Below are positions 30,376 through 40,238 of a DNA stretch of 64,000 nt, one piece after another. The stretch covers positions 24,312 through 88,311 of the forward strand of contig JAFDZU010000005.1 in assembly GCA_018266765.1 (NCBI GenBank), given 5' to 3'. The number at the start of each line of letters is the position of its first letter. Position 1 is the stretch's first letter. The position numbers and the translations under genes were made by a program. The stretch is from Bacteroidota bacterium. GTDB taxonomy: Bacteria; Bacteroidota; Ignavibacteria; Kapaibacteriales; UBA961. The notes below the pieces were generated by a model. The model saw nothing but the letters and a program-made list of their open reading frames with translations. It did no database searches and was not told the origin of the DNA.

Positions 30376-32055
30376 TTACCTTCCTGTACTCCCAATCGGG
30401 GATGGAAGAAGTGGCGGCTTAGCTTGTGATTTTTGTTTTTTCTGAACTTCAATCGTAGAAACTAATAAACTAGGAGAACTTGCCGATACCGGAACGCCGC
30501 CCGACTCAGCACCGCAAACTCCGTTGAATATTCCTAAATCATTAGCTGCAGCAATAATATTATTAAATGTTGTAAGAGGAGTTCCGATTAAGTCCACACC
30601 GCGTACAAGCTCATCGGGGCGACCGTCAGCATATATTTTATACACCACAAGCGGTTGTACATTAAAAGCATTAGGAATTGTACGGTTAGTAAATGTAAAT
30701 CCACCTGAAATTTCTACAAAATAGAGTCCGTATTCTTTGTTTTGCTTTTTACATTCAGCACGAAGCATTGTTTTGAGTGAGTCAAAGGGAACTTGTTTTT
30801 TTGCTTCAACTAAAAGATTAGACTGCCTCGAAACTGCTTTGTAACCGGCTTGCTTACGTCCATGTCCATTTGAAGAGCTAAAATTTTCAATCGGTGAGCG
30901 TGACATCAAAAAATTCTGAAAAATCCCATCTTTTACTGCGACTACTTTTTGACCTAAAACACCCTCGTCGTCATATTTAAAATAACCCACAATGTCTTTC
31001 CCTGCAAGAGTTTTTAAAGTTGGGTCAAATACCACATCAATAAAATCGGGGAGGATTTTTTTTCCAACAAATGACTTAAAAGTTTGACTGGAATTAGGAT
31101 CTTTTTGACGATGCCCCTCTACACGGTGACCGAATATTTCATGAAAAAATACACCCGATGCTTCACCAGAAAGAATAGCCGGACATGAAACCGTTTCAGC
31201 AAGTGGTGCTGAGCGAAGTTTAATTCCTATGGCTATCATATTACGAATGTCTTGCTCCATTTCCTTTTCTGTGGGTAATCGTTCGGGAGTAAATGCAAAA
31301 TAACTTCGATATAATGGAAGCGTCATACCATCATCAGATTTGGTTACGGCTTGTGCAAAGACACGGACATTTGGTTCACTGGTTTGGAGTTCAGTCCCTT
31401 CGCTACTTACAAAATATTTAGTGAGAATATCTGCTTGAAAATATACTTTTCCTTGATAAATATCTTGTTGTGAAGAAAATATTGCAGATAGTCGTTTTAG
31501 ACGTTCGCGCCAAACAGACGTATCTACAACAAATGTGGCACCGGGTTCGCTGTAATGAGCAGGTCGCTCAAATGAAAAGTCAGCCGAAGAATCTTCTTCT
31601 TTTACTTTAACTGCTTTATTAGTTAAAACCTTACCGTAACGTTCAACTGCTTTTTTGAATTGGCGGTCAGTATTTGCCCAAATTACTGAACGAAGAGTCT
31701 GCTCATCGTCCGAGAAAGGAAGTTCAACACCACGTCCGGCACCACCAAACTCAAACCGACTTCCACGCATAATGTGAGTATTATCTACGTTGTAATCACC
31801 AACGCGAAGGTCAATATCTAATATTCTATTTTTCGGTGCTTCATCAAGTTCGATACGTCCGAACGATGCAGAAATCCGAACTGTTTGAGTTTCAGTAACA
31901 CTATATGAGAGAAAATATGGTGGATTTTTCTGGGATTGAAGATCGGTCATTGTGCGGTTTAATTCAGCTTTGAGTGCTCTCATTACAGGAGTTTCTTGAG
32001 CATGAAGTGCTTGTGTTCCGATAATTAAAAAGCTGAGCAAAAGGATATATTTCAT
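30376..32055 (-). CDS. TldD/PmbA-family metalloprotease, secreted; start placed at MKYILLL… signal peptide (alternative upstream ATG at 32112)
   Basis: HExxxH-type motif FFHEIFGHRVEGH. C-terminal GxCG…GG glycine-rich region typical of TldD/PmbA. N-terminal signal peptide LLLSFLIIGTQALHAQ. Confidence 0.75.
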   Translation of the reverse strand: MKYILLLSFLIIGTQALHAQETPVMRALKAELNRTMTDLQSQKNPPYFLSYSVTETQTVRISASFGRIELDEAPKNRILDIDLRVGDYNVDNTHIMRGSRFEFGGAGRGVELPFSDDEQTLRSVIWANTDRQFKKAVERYGKVLTNKAVKVKEEDSSADFSFERPAHYSEPGATFVVDTSVWRERLKRLSAIFSSQQDIYQGKVYFQADILTKYFVSSEGTELQTSEPNVRVFAQAVTKSDDGMTLPLYRSYFAFTPERLPTEKEMEQDIRNMIAIGIKLRSAPLAETVSCPAILSGEASGVFFHEIFGHRVEGHRQKDPNSSQTFKSFVGKKILPDFIDVVFDPTLKTLAGKDIVGYFKYDDEGVLGQKVVAVKDGIFQNFLMSRSPIENFSSSNGHGRKQAGYKAVSRQSNLLVEAKKQVPFDSLKTMLRAECKKQNKEYGLYFVEISGGFTFTNRTIPNAFNVQPLVVYKIYADGRPDELVRGVDLIGTPLTTFNNIIAAANDLGIFNGVCGAESGGVPVSASSPSLLVSTIEVQKKQKSQAKPPLLPSPIGSTGR

Positions 32056-32128
32056 AAGGTTATTCAAGTCGTAATGAGATGTTTTACATCTAAAAATATG
32101 AGTAATTTTCAATGAATGAAGTAGGTAA

Positions 32129-32737
32129 TTATTCGAGGTATCGTTTGTCCAATACTTTCAAATCATTATCCAGAGTATAGAGAATTGGTCGTCCTGTGGG
32201 GATATTCAATTCGAGGATTTCAGCATTTGTAAGTTTATCTAATTCAGCAACTAATGCTCTGAGTGAATTCCCATGTGCTGTTACCAACACATTCTTCCCT
32301 TCGCGGAGTTTTGGTATAATATGCTCATGAAAATATGGAAGTACCCGCTCCTGAGTCATTTTTAAAGACTCACCGTTTGGAGGTGGAACGTCATAACTGC
32401 GTCGCCAAATTTTAAGTTGGTCAGTGCCGTATTCACGTCCGATATCATCTTTATTTAATCCTTGTAAATCACCGTAATGACGTTCATTCAAAGCTTCATT
32501 TTTCTCGGTAGGAATATTCGATTTGCCTGCAGTTGTCAACGCAATATCGGCAGTGCGAATAGCTCGTTTAAGAACTGAAGTAAAGAGGTAATCAATAGGA
32601 AATGGTGTAATAAGTTCACCGGCACGAATTGCCTCGGTTTCTCCCTTTGAGGACAAATCTACATCCACCCAGCCGGTAAATCGATTTTCAAGATTCCACA
32701 CAGATTCTCCGTGACGGAGCAAAATAAGATAGGACAT
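32129..32737 (-). CDS. gpmA: 2,3-bisphosphoglycerate-dependent phosphoglycerate mutase (short form)
   Basis: LLRHGESVWNLENRFTGWVDVDLS…LNERHYGDLQGLNK…TAHGNSLRAL, the full dPGM catalytic motif set. Confidence 0.8.
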   Translation of the reverse strand: MSYLILLRHGESVWNLENRFTGWVDVDLSSKGETEAIRAGELITPFPIDYLFTSVLKRAIRTADIALTTAGKSNIPTEKNEALNERHYGDLQGLNKDDIGREYGTDQLKIWRRSYDVPPPNGESLKMTQERVLPYFHEHIIPKLREGKNVLVTAHGNSLRALVAELDKLTNAEILELNIPTGRPILYTLDNDLKVLDKRYLE

Positions 32738-32789
32738 ATATTAATTTCAAGTATTAGTTATAAGTTTAATTTTTAAGAATCAGCTTCTG

Positions 32790-33191
32790 TTATTTTGGCT
32801 CACATAGTTCCATCAAAACACCACCTGTTGATTTAGGATGTAAAAAAGCTATCAACATTTCATGTGCTCCTTCACGCGCTTCCGAATTAATAAGTTGAAT
32901 ACCTACATCATTTAGCCGAGTAAGTTCATTGCCGATATTATTAGTTCCAAAAGCTATATGATGAATCCCTTCACCACGTTTTTCCAGGAACTTCGCAATT
33001 GCCGATTCCGGCGAAGTAGGAGCAGTTAATTCTACTAATACATTTCCGACTTTGAACGAAGCCACCTGAACCATTTGTTCTTCGACAATTTCAGTATGGA
33101 AATCTTTCACTTCAAATATTTTTTGATACAAAGCTTTGCTTATTTCAAGATCTCGAACTGCAATACCTATATGATTTAACGATGTTATCAT
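32790..33191 (-). CDS. mce: Methylmalonyl-CoA epimerase (VOC family)
   Basis: 133 aa. LNHIGIAVRDLE…GEGIHHIAF… pattern of MCE/glyoxalase-fold epimerases. Confidence 0.75.
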   Translation of the reverse strand: MITSLNHIGIAVRDLEISKALYQKIFEVKDFHTEIVEEQMVQVASFKVGNVLVELTAPTSPESAIAKFLEKRGEGIHHIAFGTNNIGNELTRLNDVGIQLINSEAREGAHEMLIAFLHPKSTGGVLMELCEPK

Positions 33192-33215
33192 TGTTTTACT
33201 GCGAAGTTAAATTAG

Positions 33216-33983
33216 TTACAATATTGTGTTCAATCTCTGAAGATAATAATGTTCTTCGGCACGGGCTAATTCTTCGGGGGTATTAATTCCTCTAAATTCA
33301 TCAAAATTTTCAGCTTTAATGGCACTGATACTCAGACCTTTTCGGCGGATAAGTTCGACAATATCCGTAAGATAATACTCACCCTGTGCATTCGCATTAG
33401 AAAGTTCTTTTAAGACTGCAAAAAGCGTTACAGATTTCACCACAAAAATACCTGTGTTAATTTCCGTTATTAGCTTCTCTTCGTCAGTGGCATCTTTTTC
33501 TTCCACAATTTTCATAAACTCTCCCACCGAAGAGCGAACTATTCTGCCATAACCTTTAGGAGTTGATGTAACAGCAGAGAGAACACATCCCGAAAGTATT
33601 CCTCGATATCGTTGATGTTCTTCTACAAAACTACCTAATGTTTTAGCTTGGAGCAATGGAGTATCTCCAGTGATTATAAGCACATCACCATAGAATTTTT
33701 CAAGCGCAGGTTCTGCCATTTTAACTGCGTGTCCCGTACCAAGTTGTTCGGCTTGTTCGATGCAATCTGCCCATGGAAATTGTTGCTTCACATAGTTAAT
33801 AATGGTATCCTTTTGATGCCCGACGATGACAAGAGTTTTGGTAGGATGTAGTTGAGTTATTTGTGATAGAACATGCCCAAGCAATGGTTCACCCGCAAGA
33901 GTTGCCATAACTTTTGGTATATTAGGATTATTCATTCGCTTACCTTTCCCGGCGGCAAGGATTATACAAGCAAGTTCATTCAT
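33216..33983 (-). CDS. Sugar-1-phosphate nucleotidyltransferase resembling the N-terminal (uridylyltransferase) domain of GlmU; no left-handed beta-helix acetyltransferase domain
   Basis: ILAAGKGKRM…PKV…AGEPLL…QAEQLGTGHAV closely follows the GlmU N-domain consensus. Protein stops at 255 aa. Confidence 0.7.
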   Translation of the reverse strand: MNELACIILAAGKGKRMNNPNIPKVMATLAGEPLLGHVLSQITQLHPTKTLVIVGHQKDTIINYVKQQFPWADCIEQAEQLGTGHAVKMAEPALEKFYGDVLIITGDTPLLQAKTLGSFVEEHQRYRGILSGCVLSAVTSTPKGYGRIVRSSVGEFMKIVEEKDATDEEKLITEINTGIFVVKSVTLFAVLKELSNANAQGEYYLTDIVELIRRKGLSISAIKAENFDEFRGINTPEELARAEEHYYLQRLNTIL

Positions 33984-34005
33984 ATTTATTAATTAGTGAT
34001 GGAAA

Positions 34006-34398
34006 TTATTCTGTGGCAAATATAGAGTTTGCCTCCACTGCAAACTGTTTATCAATTATATTATTATTATCATCTACAAGAACTACCGTTGGTCTATGTT
34101 TTTGCGCTTCTTCTTCAGACATATTGGCGTAACTGATAATTATAATTTTATCACCCACTGCGCCGCGCCGTGCCGCCGCACCATTCAAACATATAGTTCT
34201 ACTGCCTCGCTCACCTGTTATTACGTACGTCTCTATGCGCTCACCATTATTAATATTAACAATCGCAACTTTTTCATAGGCAAGTAAATTAGCTGCTTCC
34301 ATTAGTTCTTCATCAATAGTCAAGCTACCTTCATAGTGGAGCTCAGCTTGCGTTATACTTGCACGATGGATTTTTGATTTGAACATGATACGTTCCAT
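34006..34398 (-). CDS. panD: Aspartate 1-decarboxylase
   Basis: MFKSKIHRA…YEGSLTID…[16 protein letters not shown]… is canonical PanD, with the G-S self-cleavage site present. Confidence 0.9.
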   Translation of the reverse strand: MERIMFKSKIHRASITQAELHYEGSLTIDEELMEAANLLAYEKVAIVNINNGERIETYVITGERGSRTICLNGAAARRGAVGDKIIIISYANMSEEEAQKHRPTVVLVDDNNNIIDKQFAVEANSIFATE

Positions 34399-34595
34399 GG
34401 TTATCTTCCTTATTAAGAGAGTGGGGCTTTTGTTGTAATCAACTCTTTTTATATACTATTATTACGATAAGACGTAAGTGGTACGTTTATATCGTTTTTT
34501 ATACAAATTTACCACAATTTTGCTAAAAATGAATATAAAATGCCTGTCCGAAACATCAATAATCTAAAAATTATGTTTCATCTGCTACATAAAAA

Positions 34596-34628
34596 AACCC
34601 TCTGCTTTTAAAACAGAGGGCTTTTTAT
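34596..34628 (-). terminator. Rho-independent terminator of the 1584-aa T9SS cargo gene; bidirectional geometry
   Basis: ccctctg-ttttaaaa-cagaggg hairpin preceded by A7 and followed by a T-run. On the minus strand it reads hairpin + TTTTTTT. Confidence 0.65.
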
Positions 34629-34635
34629 TAGGTTC

Positions 34636-34659
34636 TTAATGGTAATTAATTACCATTAA
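34636..34659. repeat. Perfect 24-bp palindrome ttaatggtaattaattaccattaa
   Basis: Direct inspection. Lies between the stop codon of the 1584-aa gene and its terminator. Confidence 0.9.
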
Positions 34660-34666
34660 ACATATT

Positions 34667-37600
34667 TTATTTGCTAAGAGTCATCTTACCATTTAATACG
34701 TGATTACCTGCTGATAAACGATAGATATATGTACCTGATGCTACAGGATTACCTTGAGCATCTGTACCATTCCAAGTAACTGAATGTGAACCTGAAGTTT
34801 GCTCAGCGTTTATCAAAGTAGTAACTACATTACCGAATACATCAATGATATCTAATTTAACCATAGATTTATCTTGCAATGCAAACTCTATGTTTGTTGA
34901 AGTCGAGAATGGATTTGGATTGCTTTGTCCCAAAGCAACTTCTGTATTTCCATCGAAAGTAAATTCGAGGATATCAGAAATCTGCTTACAAGACTCAGTT
35001 CCGTTCATATCAACTTGCATCAAACGATATTGATACGTATTGCCAAGACGAACACTATTGTCAGTATAGCTATAATCATTTTCGGCTGAGGTTGTTCCGT
35101 GTCCACCAATAAAGATAATTGATGACCACTGACCTTCAGTTCCTACACCACCGATTGCTCGACGTTCTACATGGAAACCGCTATTATTTTCTTCAGAAGC
35201 GGTATGCCAGAAGAGATCTACTCCACTTTGACGTTTTTGACCATCAAAATAGGTTAGTTCTACAGGAGTAAGACAGTTTTCGTCGAACAGAGGTGTTTCA
35301 GAGTATGTTTTATCTCCTAAGTATGGACGAAGCATCGGAAGCCATGTACCACGTGACCGTGTTTGATAACCTGCGATTGATGCACCACCTGCATGGTTAA
35401 GATGACCAAATGCAGGATTTCCAATACTTGGCATGAATTGATTCCATGTTCCTGAGAATCTTGTATTCTCATAAGCGAACAAATTATTATTAATCAATTG
35501 TTTGAACCCATTGTCTTGACGGAAACGTTTGTCAAGATTAAGATGAGTACCGCTTAATCCGTAAGTACCTGGAGGTAAATCACTATAATTTGTTATAATC
35601 TGACCTACACGTGCTTTTGAAGCACCTAAACAGTATCCATCAAATCCTAATTGAGCACATGAAATCCAATAATCACCCGGCTCAAGAACAATAGGTTTAT
35701 CAAGTAAATATGTAGTATATTCATCATAGAACAAATCTTTGCGAACATCATCATATCCTCTTTGACGTATCAACGCTTTTTCACCCGGTTTCAAGAAGAT
35801 AGGATTAGCACCCGGCTGACCACCGGCATCTTTATAGATGGAGAACGAAATTGGGTCAGGGCTTTGATTCAAACCGCCAAACCATGTCTGGAATCCTTTA
35901 ATAGAATCTTGTCTGATAAGCGTAAATTTAACTGCTATCTGTCCGGAACCGTTACCTGCTTCAGGACCGAAAGCATATCTTCCGTCAACAATATCTCCAC
36001 CTGCGTGTGGCCATAGACCTTCAGCATATCCGAACATATTTAGACCTTTTCCTACAAACTGACGGCCAAGTGCTGCAGTTGCAAAATCAGGTACATCATT
36101 TCTTGCGGCTGTAGGATCATATGCAAACACAGGACCATAGTTCAAAGTAAAAATACTATAATTTAAGTCATTAGTATTATCTAAATCGCCACCTTGTACT
36201 GTTGCTCTACCTTCAATAACGTAACGGCCAGGAGGTGATCTACGCGCATTCCAAGCAGGAACACTCGAATTAATTTCTTGTCCGGGATATATAGCAGGAA
36301 GAGGCGTAGAATTACAATAGACTGCATTAACTTGTTTAGTAATTTCATCTGAATTAAGCCATTGTTCTTGGTAAATTCTTACTTTAACAGTTACTGTTGC
36401 AGAAACTTTATTAGAATTATTTGAAATTTTAAATCTAATAGGCATTGTCGTTGCCTGACTTGCCGGTGTAACTGTATATGGCCAATTGACTTCACAAAGT
36501 TCCATTTCGACATCGGCACTTTCTTGTGAATAGATTAAGTGTACATTATCAATAAAGAAATCATCATCATCATCCTTAGGTTGAAGAGGTGTAGATTGAT
36601 TATTAACAGCTGAAACACGGAATCTGAATCTAAAGTTTTTAGCACCTAAACTTGGAGAATAAATTAATGAATCTGGCAAGAAGAAGAAGTATTTACTATA
36701 TTCCCAATCTTTACCATCATCATATTTATTTGCACGTAAACCTTGAGCTGCAGTCAAAGCTGAATCTTTACTTATATAATCAACAGTAGCCGGTTTGTTT
36801 TCCAAGAAACCACGACGTAAACCACCTGCTCCAAAGAGCGTCAAGACAGGATTACCGGTAATTGTCTGACCATCGCGACGTTTGTGAATATTCCATGTAA
36901 TATCTGAAGTTGATTGTTTTGCAATATTTTCAATTTCATCCGCACTTGGACGAGCAAATTCAAGATAGAATTCATCCGGTGCAGGTCCGTATGTTGTAGT
37001 TCCACCTGGAGGGTCATTATAAAGTACTCTTGGTTCTGGACCAACAAGTAGGGCATCAGACCATCCACGTCCTAAGTCACCATTCGCTTTACCGGTTCTT
37101 TGGTACGAGAAGGAAAGAACTGCATTTTTTGTTGGGCGATTTGGAAGATCTCTGACATCAATAGGGAATGAACGTAATTCATCACCTTTTGCAGGTGTTG
37201 TTGGTTCATCACCACTTAATGTCTTCCGATTTAACCTAATAACCGGAGAATTAACTCTTTGATTTGCTTTATTTGCAGCTGGATACGATCCACGTGGAGG
37301 AACCGGATTATAGGTATTTTCTTCACCGTCAGATACTTCACCATCTATATTAACCCATTTTAATACTGATGGCATAGCAGTTCCATTTATTATATGGAAT
37401 TGTGTAACATCATCATTAAATCCGTCACTATTCAAAAATGACAAACGACGCATAACAAAAATGTCTTGTTTTACTGTATCATCAAATGGCCATTGGTCAC
37501 CTAAACTTCTAAATAAAGTATCTACGGGCTCAGCTATAACTAAAGCTCTTAGACGACCGATATGGAAATCTATCAACTCATTTGGCTGAAATGCGGGGAA

Positions 37601-39421
37601 ATTAACTCTTACCATTCCATAAGGAGGAACTCCATTTAATGGACAAGAGCCATTATTATAAGGGAAATTTCCACCTGTAGAAGGAACCGTAAATGAAGAG
37701 CCACTAACATAATCAACAGTGGCAGTTGTACCAGGGCAAAAACCTTGTAAACAACTCATGCCAATTGGCACTGATTCTGAATACGCGGTTTGTCCAGTAG
37801 CTTGGTTAACAATACGGAAACGAGTTCTAAAATTAACATCCTGTTTTGAATAATTAACACCAGCTGGGCGTAGTGGATTTGCTAAACCAGGACCTTGTAT
37901 ATCATTCGTTAAGTTTTGGAAAACTGCTACAGGGCGAATTGCACCTAATTGAGCATGTCCGGCAAGCAATTCTATATTTGTTCCCGTTATGACTCTGGTA
38001 TAAGCATCTAAACTAGCAGTTGGATTTAACTCTCTACCAAGATAAGTAGGCTGACCAACAACTCTTAACACGTTCTTCCATTGTTTAAATCGTATAGCCA
38101 ATCCTGTCTGAGGCGTAGAAGCACCGGAACCAACTGGTCCGGCAACATTCACAGAGTTTCCTGGGAAATCTGCATTTGCCAAATATTGAGTAGATTGAGC
38201 ATAAGAGGTTAAATATTCCGGCTGACTGAGATTTGAAGAACAATTAGGGTTTTTATATGAATAATGACGTGCATTACCTTTTACACCGATCGTCGAATTC
38301 ATTCGTAGTAATTCACTTGCACCTATTGGAATATTACTTTTTACAATACTTCCTGCCAAACTTCTATAATAAATATAAACAGAACTGTCAGACTCATCAA
38401 GAGTTACCTGGAAGTCAATAAGTATTCTTCTGTCATCTTTGGGGAATGTTTCCGTTCCTGCACGAGTTGTCTTCGCCCCCATAAGGGATACGTTTTTATA
38501 AAAAATAACCAATCTACGTGTTCCATCAGGATTATCCGCACGTTTGAACCATACTTGACCTTTATCAGCATCATCAAGATTTTGATGTTGTGATAATTGT
38601 AAGTCAGTCCATAAAGCAGCAATAATCGGCGAAAATCTCATATCGTTTGGAACACCTGTTAAACTCGTGTTTGCAGGGTTTCTAATACCACCTTTAGGTG
38701 TTGCAGTATTTCCAGTTGCTACATACTGATAACCATAATCATCTGCTGTATTGTCACTCAATCCATCACCTATTTTTGGACGGGCTACATAAGAACTGGC
38801 ATCCACATTTTCTTCACGGTAGAAGTTATATGAATCAGACGAACCTGCAGGAATTGTTCTATTGCCTGAAGCATCATAACTGTAGCGGCGATTCGAAAGA
38901 GCAATCAGGCCATTCGTAGAGACATAAAAACTATCATATCTTACACCATTAAAGAAGAAAGGAAAGCCAATTTTAATTGGACCTGCGATTGCATCGTCAG
39001 TCGAATCAGTTAAAGCATTCGGGTTTCTAAAAAACATTTTGCCGTTATCGGCTAAATCTTGCGCATCGACAATTTGATTTGGTCCGGACACAATCCTTTT
39101 CCATTTAACAACTTCCGCTGGATCTGTCTCGGAATCTTTATCTAAATACGCTTTGAATAAGTCCGGACGCCATGCGTCACCGGCCTCATCATCACTATCC
39201 ACAATATAATAACCAGTCGAAACCGCTGGCTGAGTTTTTGCCGGACGGTTATTATTGACAGTATTAATTGCCGGGAATGCAGTGAATGGCTGAGGGAAAG
39301 AACCTTTAGCAAGATCTGCTTTACGCAGTACCTCGGCTCCACCATCTTTAGCATTTTCTGCTGCGAATGCTGTGCTTACGACACAAATGGCAATCGCAAA
39401 AAGTAGCAGTGTACTCTTCAT
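34667..39421 (-). CDS. T9SS-secreted very large protein (1584 aa) with FN3-like module before the C-terminal sorting domain; remaining ~1400 aa unassigned
   Basis: Signal peptide MKSTLLLFAIAICVVSTAFA. Near the C-terminus an FN3-like segment (…ELTYFDGQKRQSGVDLFWHTASEENNSGFHVERR…YQYRLMQVDMNGTE…) precedes the T9SS sorting domain (…NPNPFSTSTNIEFAL…SGTYIYRLSAGNHVLNGKMTLSK). Confidence 0.7.
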   Translation of the reverse strand: MKSTLLLFAIAICVVSTAFAAENAKDGGAEVLRKADLAKGSFPQPFTAFPAINTVNNNRPAKTQPAVSTGYYIVDSDDEAGDAWRPDLFKAYLDKDSETDPAEVVKWKRIVSGPNQIVDAQDLADNGKMFFRNPNALTDSTDDAIAGPIKIGFPFFFNGVRYDSFYVSTNGLIALSNRRYSYDASGNRTIPAGSSDSYNFYREENVDASSYVARPKIGDGLSDNTADDYGYQYVATGNTATPKGGIRNPANTSLTGVPNDMRFSPIIAALWTDLQLSQHQNLDDADKGQVWFKRADNPDGTRRLVIFYKNVSLMGAKTTRAGTETFPKDDRRILIDFQVTLDESDSSVYIYYRSLAGSIVKSNIPIGASELLRMNSTIGVKGNARHYSYKNPNCSSNLSQPEYLTSYAQSTQYLANADFPGNSVNVAGPVGSGASTPQTGLAIRFKQWKNVLRVVGQPTYLGRELNPTASLDAYTRVITGTNIELLAGHAQLGAIRPVAVFQNLTNDIQGPGLANPLRPAGVNYSKQDVNFRTRFRIVNQATGQTAYSESVPIGMSCLQGFCPGTTATVDYVSGSSFTVPSTGGNFPYNNGSCPLNGVPPYGMVRVNFPAFQPNELIDFHIGRLRALVIAEPVDTLFRSLGDQWPFDDTVKQDIFVMRRLSFLNSDGFNDDVTQFHIINGTAMPSVLKWVNIDGEVSDGEENTYNPVPPRGSYPAANKANQRVNSPVIRLNRKTLSGDEPTTPAKGDELRSFPIDVRDLPNRPTKNAVLSFSYQRTGKANGDLGRGWSDALLVGPEPRVLYNDPPGGTTTYGPAPDEFYLEFARPSADEIENIAKQSTSDITWNIHKRRDGQTITGNPVLTLFGAGGLRRGFLENKPATVDYISKDSALTAAQGLRANKYDDGKDWEYSKYFFFLPDSLIYSPSLGAKNFRFRFRVSAVNNQSTPLQPKDDDDDFFIDNVHLIYSQESADVEMELCEVNWPYTVTPASQATTMPIRFKISNNSNKVSATVTVKVRIYQEQWLNSDEITKQVNAVYCNSTPLPAIYPGQEINSSVPAWNARRSPPGRYVIEGRATVQGGDLDNTNDLNYSIFTLNYGPVFAYDPTAARNDVPDFATAALGRQFVGKGLNMFGYAEGLWPHAGGDIVDGRYAFGPEAGNGSGQIAVKFTLIRQDSIKGFQTWFGGLNQSPDPISFSIYKDAGGQPGANPIFLKPGEKALIRQRGYDDVRKDLFYDEYTTYLLDKPIVLEPGDYWISCAQLGFDGYCLGASKARVGQIITNYSDLPPGTYGLSGTHLNLDKRFRQDNGFKQLINNNLFAYENTRFSGTWNQFMPSIGNPAFGHLNHAGGASIAGYQTRSRGTWLPMLRPYLGDKTYSETPLFDENCLTPVELTYFDGQKRQSGVDLFWHTASEENNSGFHVERRAIGGVGTEGQWSSIIFIGGHGTTSAENDYSYTDNSVRLGNTYQYRLMQVDMNGTESCKQISDILEFTFDGNTEVALGQSNPNPFSTSTNIEFALQDKSMVKLDIIDVFGNVVTTLINAEQTSGSHSVTWNGTDAQGNPVASGTYIYRLSAGNHVLNGKMTLSK

Positions 39422-39623
39422 TGGAATACCTCACGAAGAAAAATGTAACAAAATTAAAAATATTAGAATTATATGAATGTTATCTGAATTTGCTGTGCTA
39501 AATATTGTTGTAATTAATTCGTTTTATTGCCTGTTTTTGTAATCTATATCTCTCTATATTCTTACTTTACCTGCAAAACTAACAACTAAGTTCTAAAAAA
39601 AAAAGCAAATAAACAAGAAAAAT

Positions 39624-40232
39624 TTACAAACCGCATATTATTTGTTTTGCTTGTTCGTTTAAAACTAACGGATAAATAATGTGTTCAGTTTGTAATATTT
39701 TTTCTGAAAGTGTTGTAGGTGTTTCGCTTTCCTCCACACATACTAGAGACTGACAAAGTATTTTCCCTGAATCATATTCGCTCTCAACGATATGTACTGA
39801 CGAACCTGAGATTTGTTCCCTATTCTCTATAACTTTTTTATGAACATGTATCCCATACATCCCTTTTCCGCCATATTTTGGAAGTAATGATGGATGAATA
39901 TTATAAATTTTATTGGGGAATTTATTTATCAATTCGTTCGGTATCATTCGTAAATACCCGGCTAAAGCAATCATCTCAATACCCATTGTTTCTACTATTT
40001 GCATTAAGCTTATTGTAGATTCAATATTATTTGTCATTCCGTCGGAAGGTATGCACTCACAACGTATGGAATACTTCTTAGCAATATCAACCACACCTGC
40101 CTTAGGATTATTTGTAATAATCCCAACCACTTCAAATGCGGCGTTGTTTTCAAAAGAGAACTTAATAATAGCTTCAGCATTGCTTCCCTTCCCGGAAGCC
40201 ATAATCGCCAAACGAATTTTTCTTGTAATCAT
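39624..40232 (-). CDS. purN: Phosphoribosylglycinamide formyltransferase
   Basis: IAIMASGKGSN…NIHPSLLPKYGG…GSSVHIV… motifs of PurN. 202 aa. Confidence 0.85.
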   Translation of the reverse strand: MITRKIRLAIMASGKGSNAEAIIKFSFENNAAFEVVGIITNNPKAGVVDIAKKYSIRCECIPSDGMTNNIESTISLMQIVETMGIEMIALAGYLRMIPNELINKFPNKIYNIHPSLLPKYGGKGMYGIHVHKKVIENREQISGSSVHIVESEYDSGKILCQSLVCVEESETPTTLSEKILQTEHIIYPLVLNEQAKQIICGL

Positions 40233-40238
40233 GGGCAG

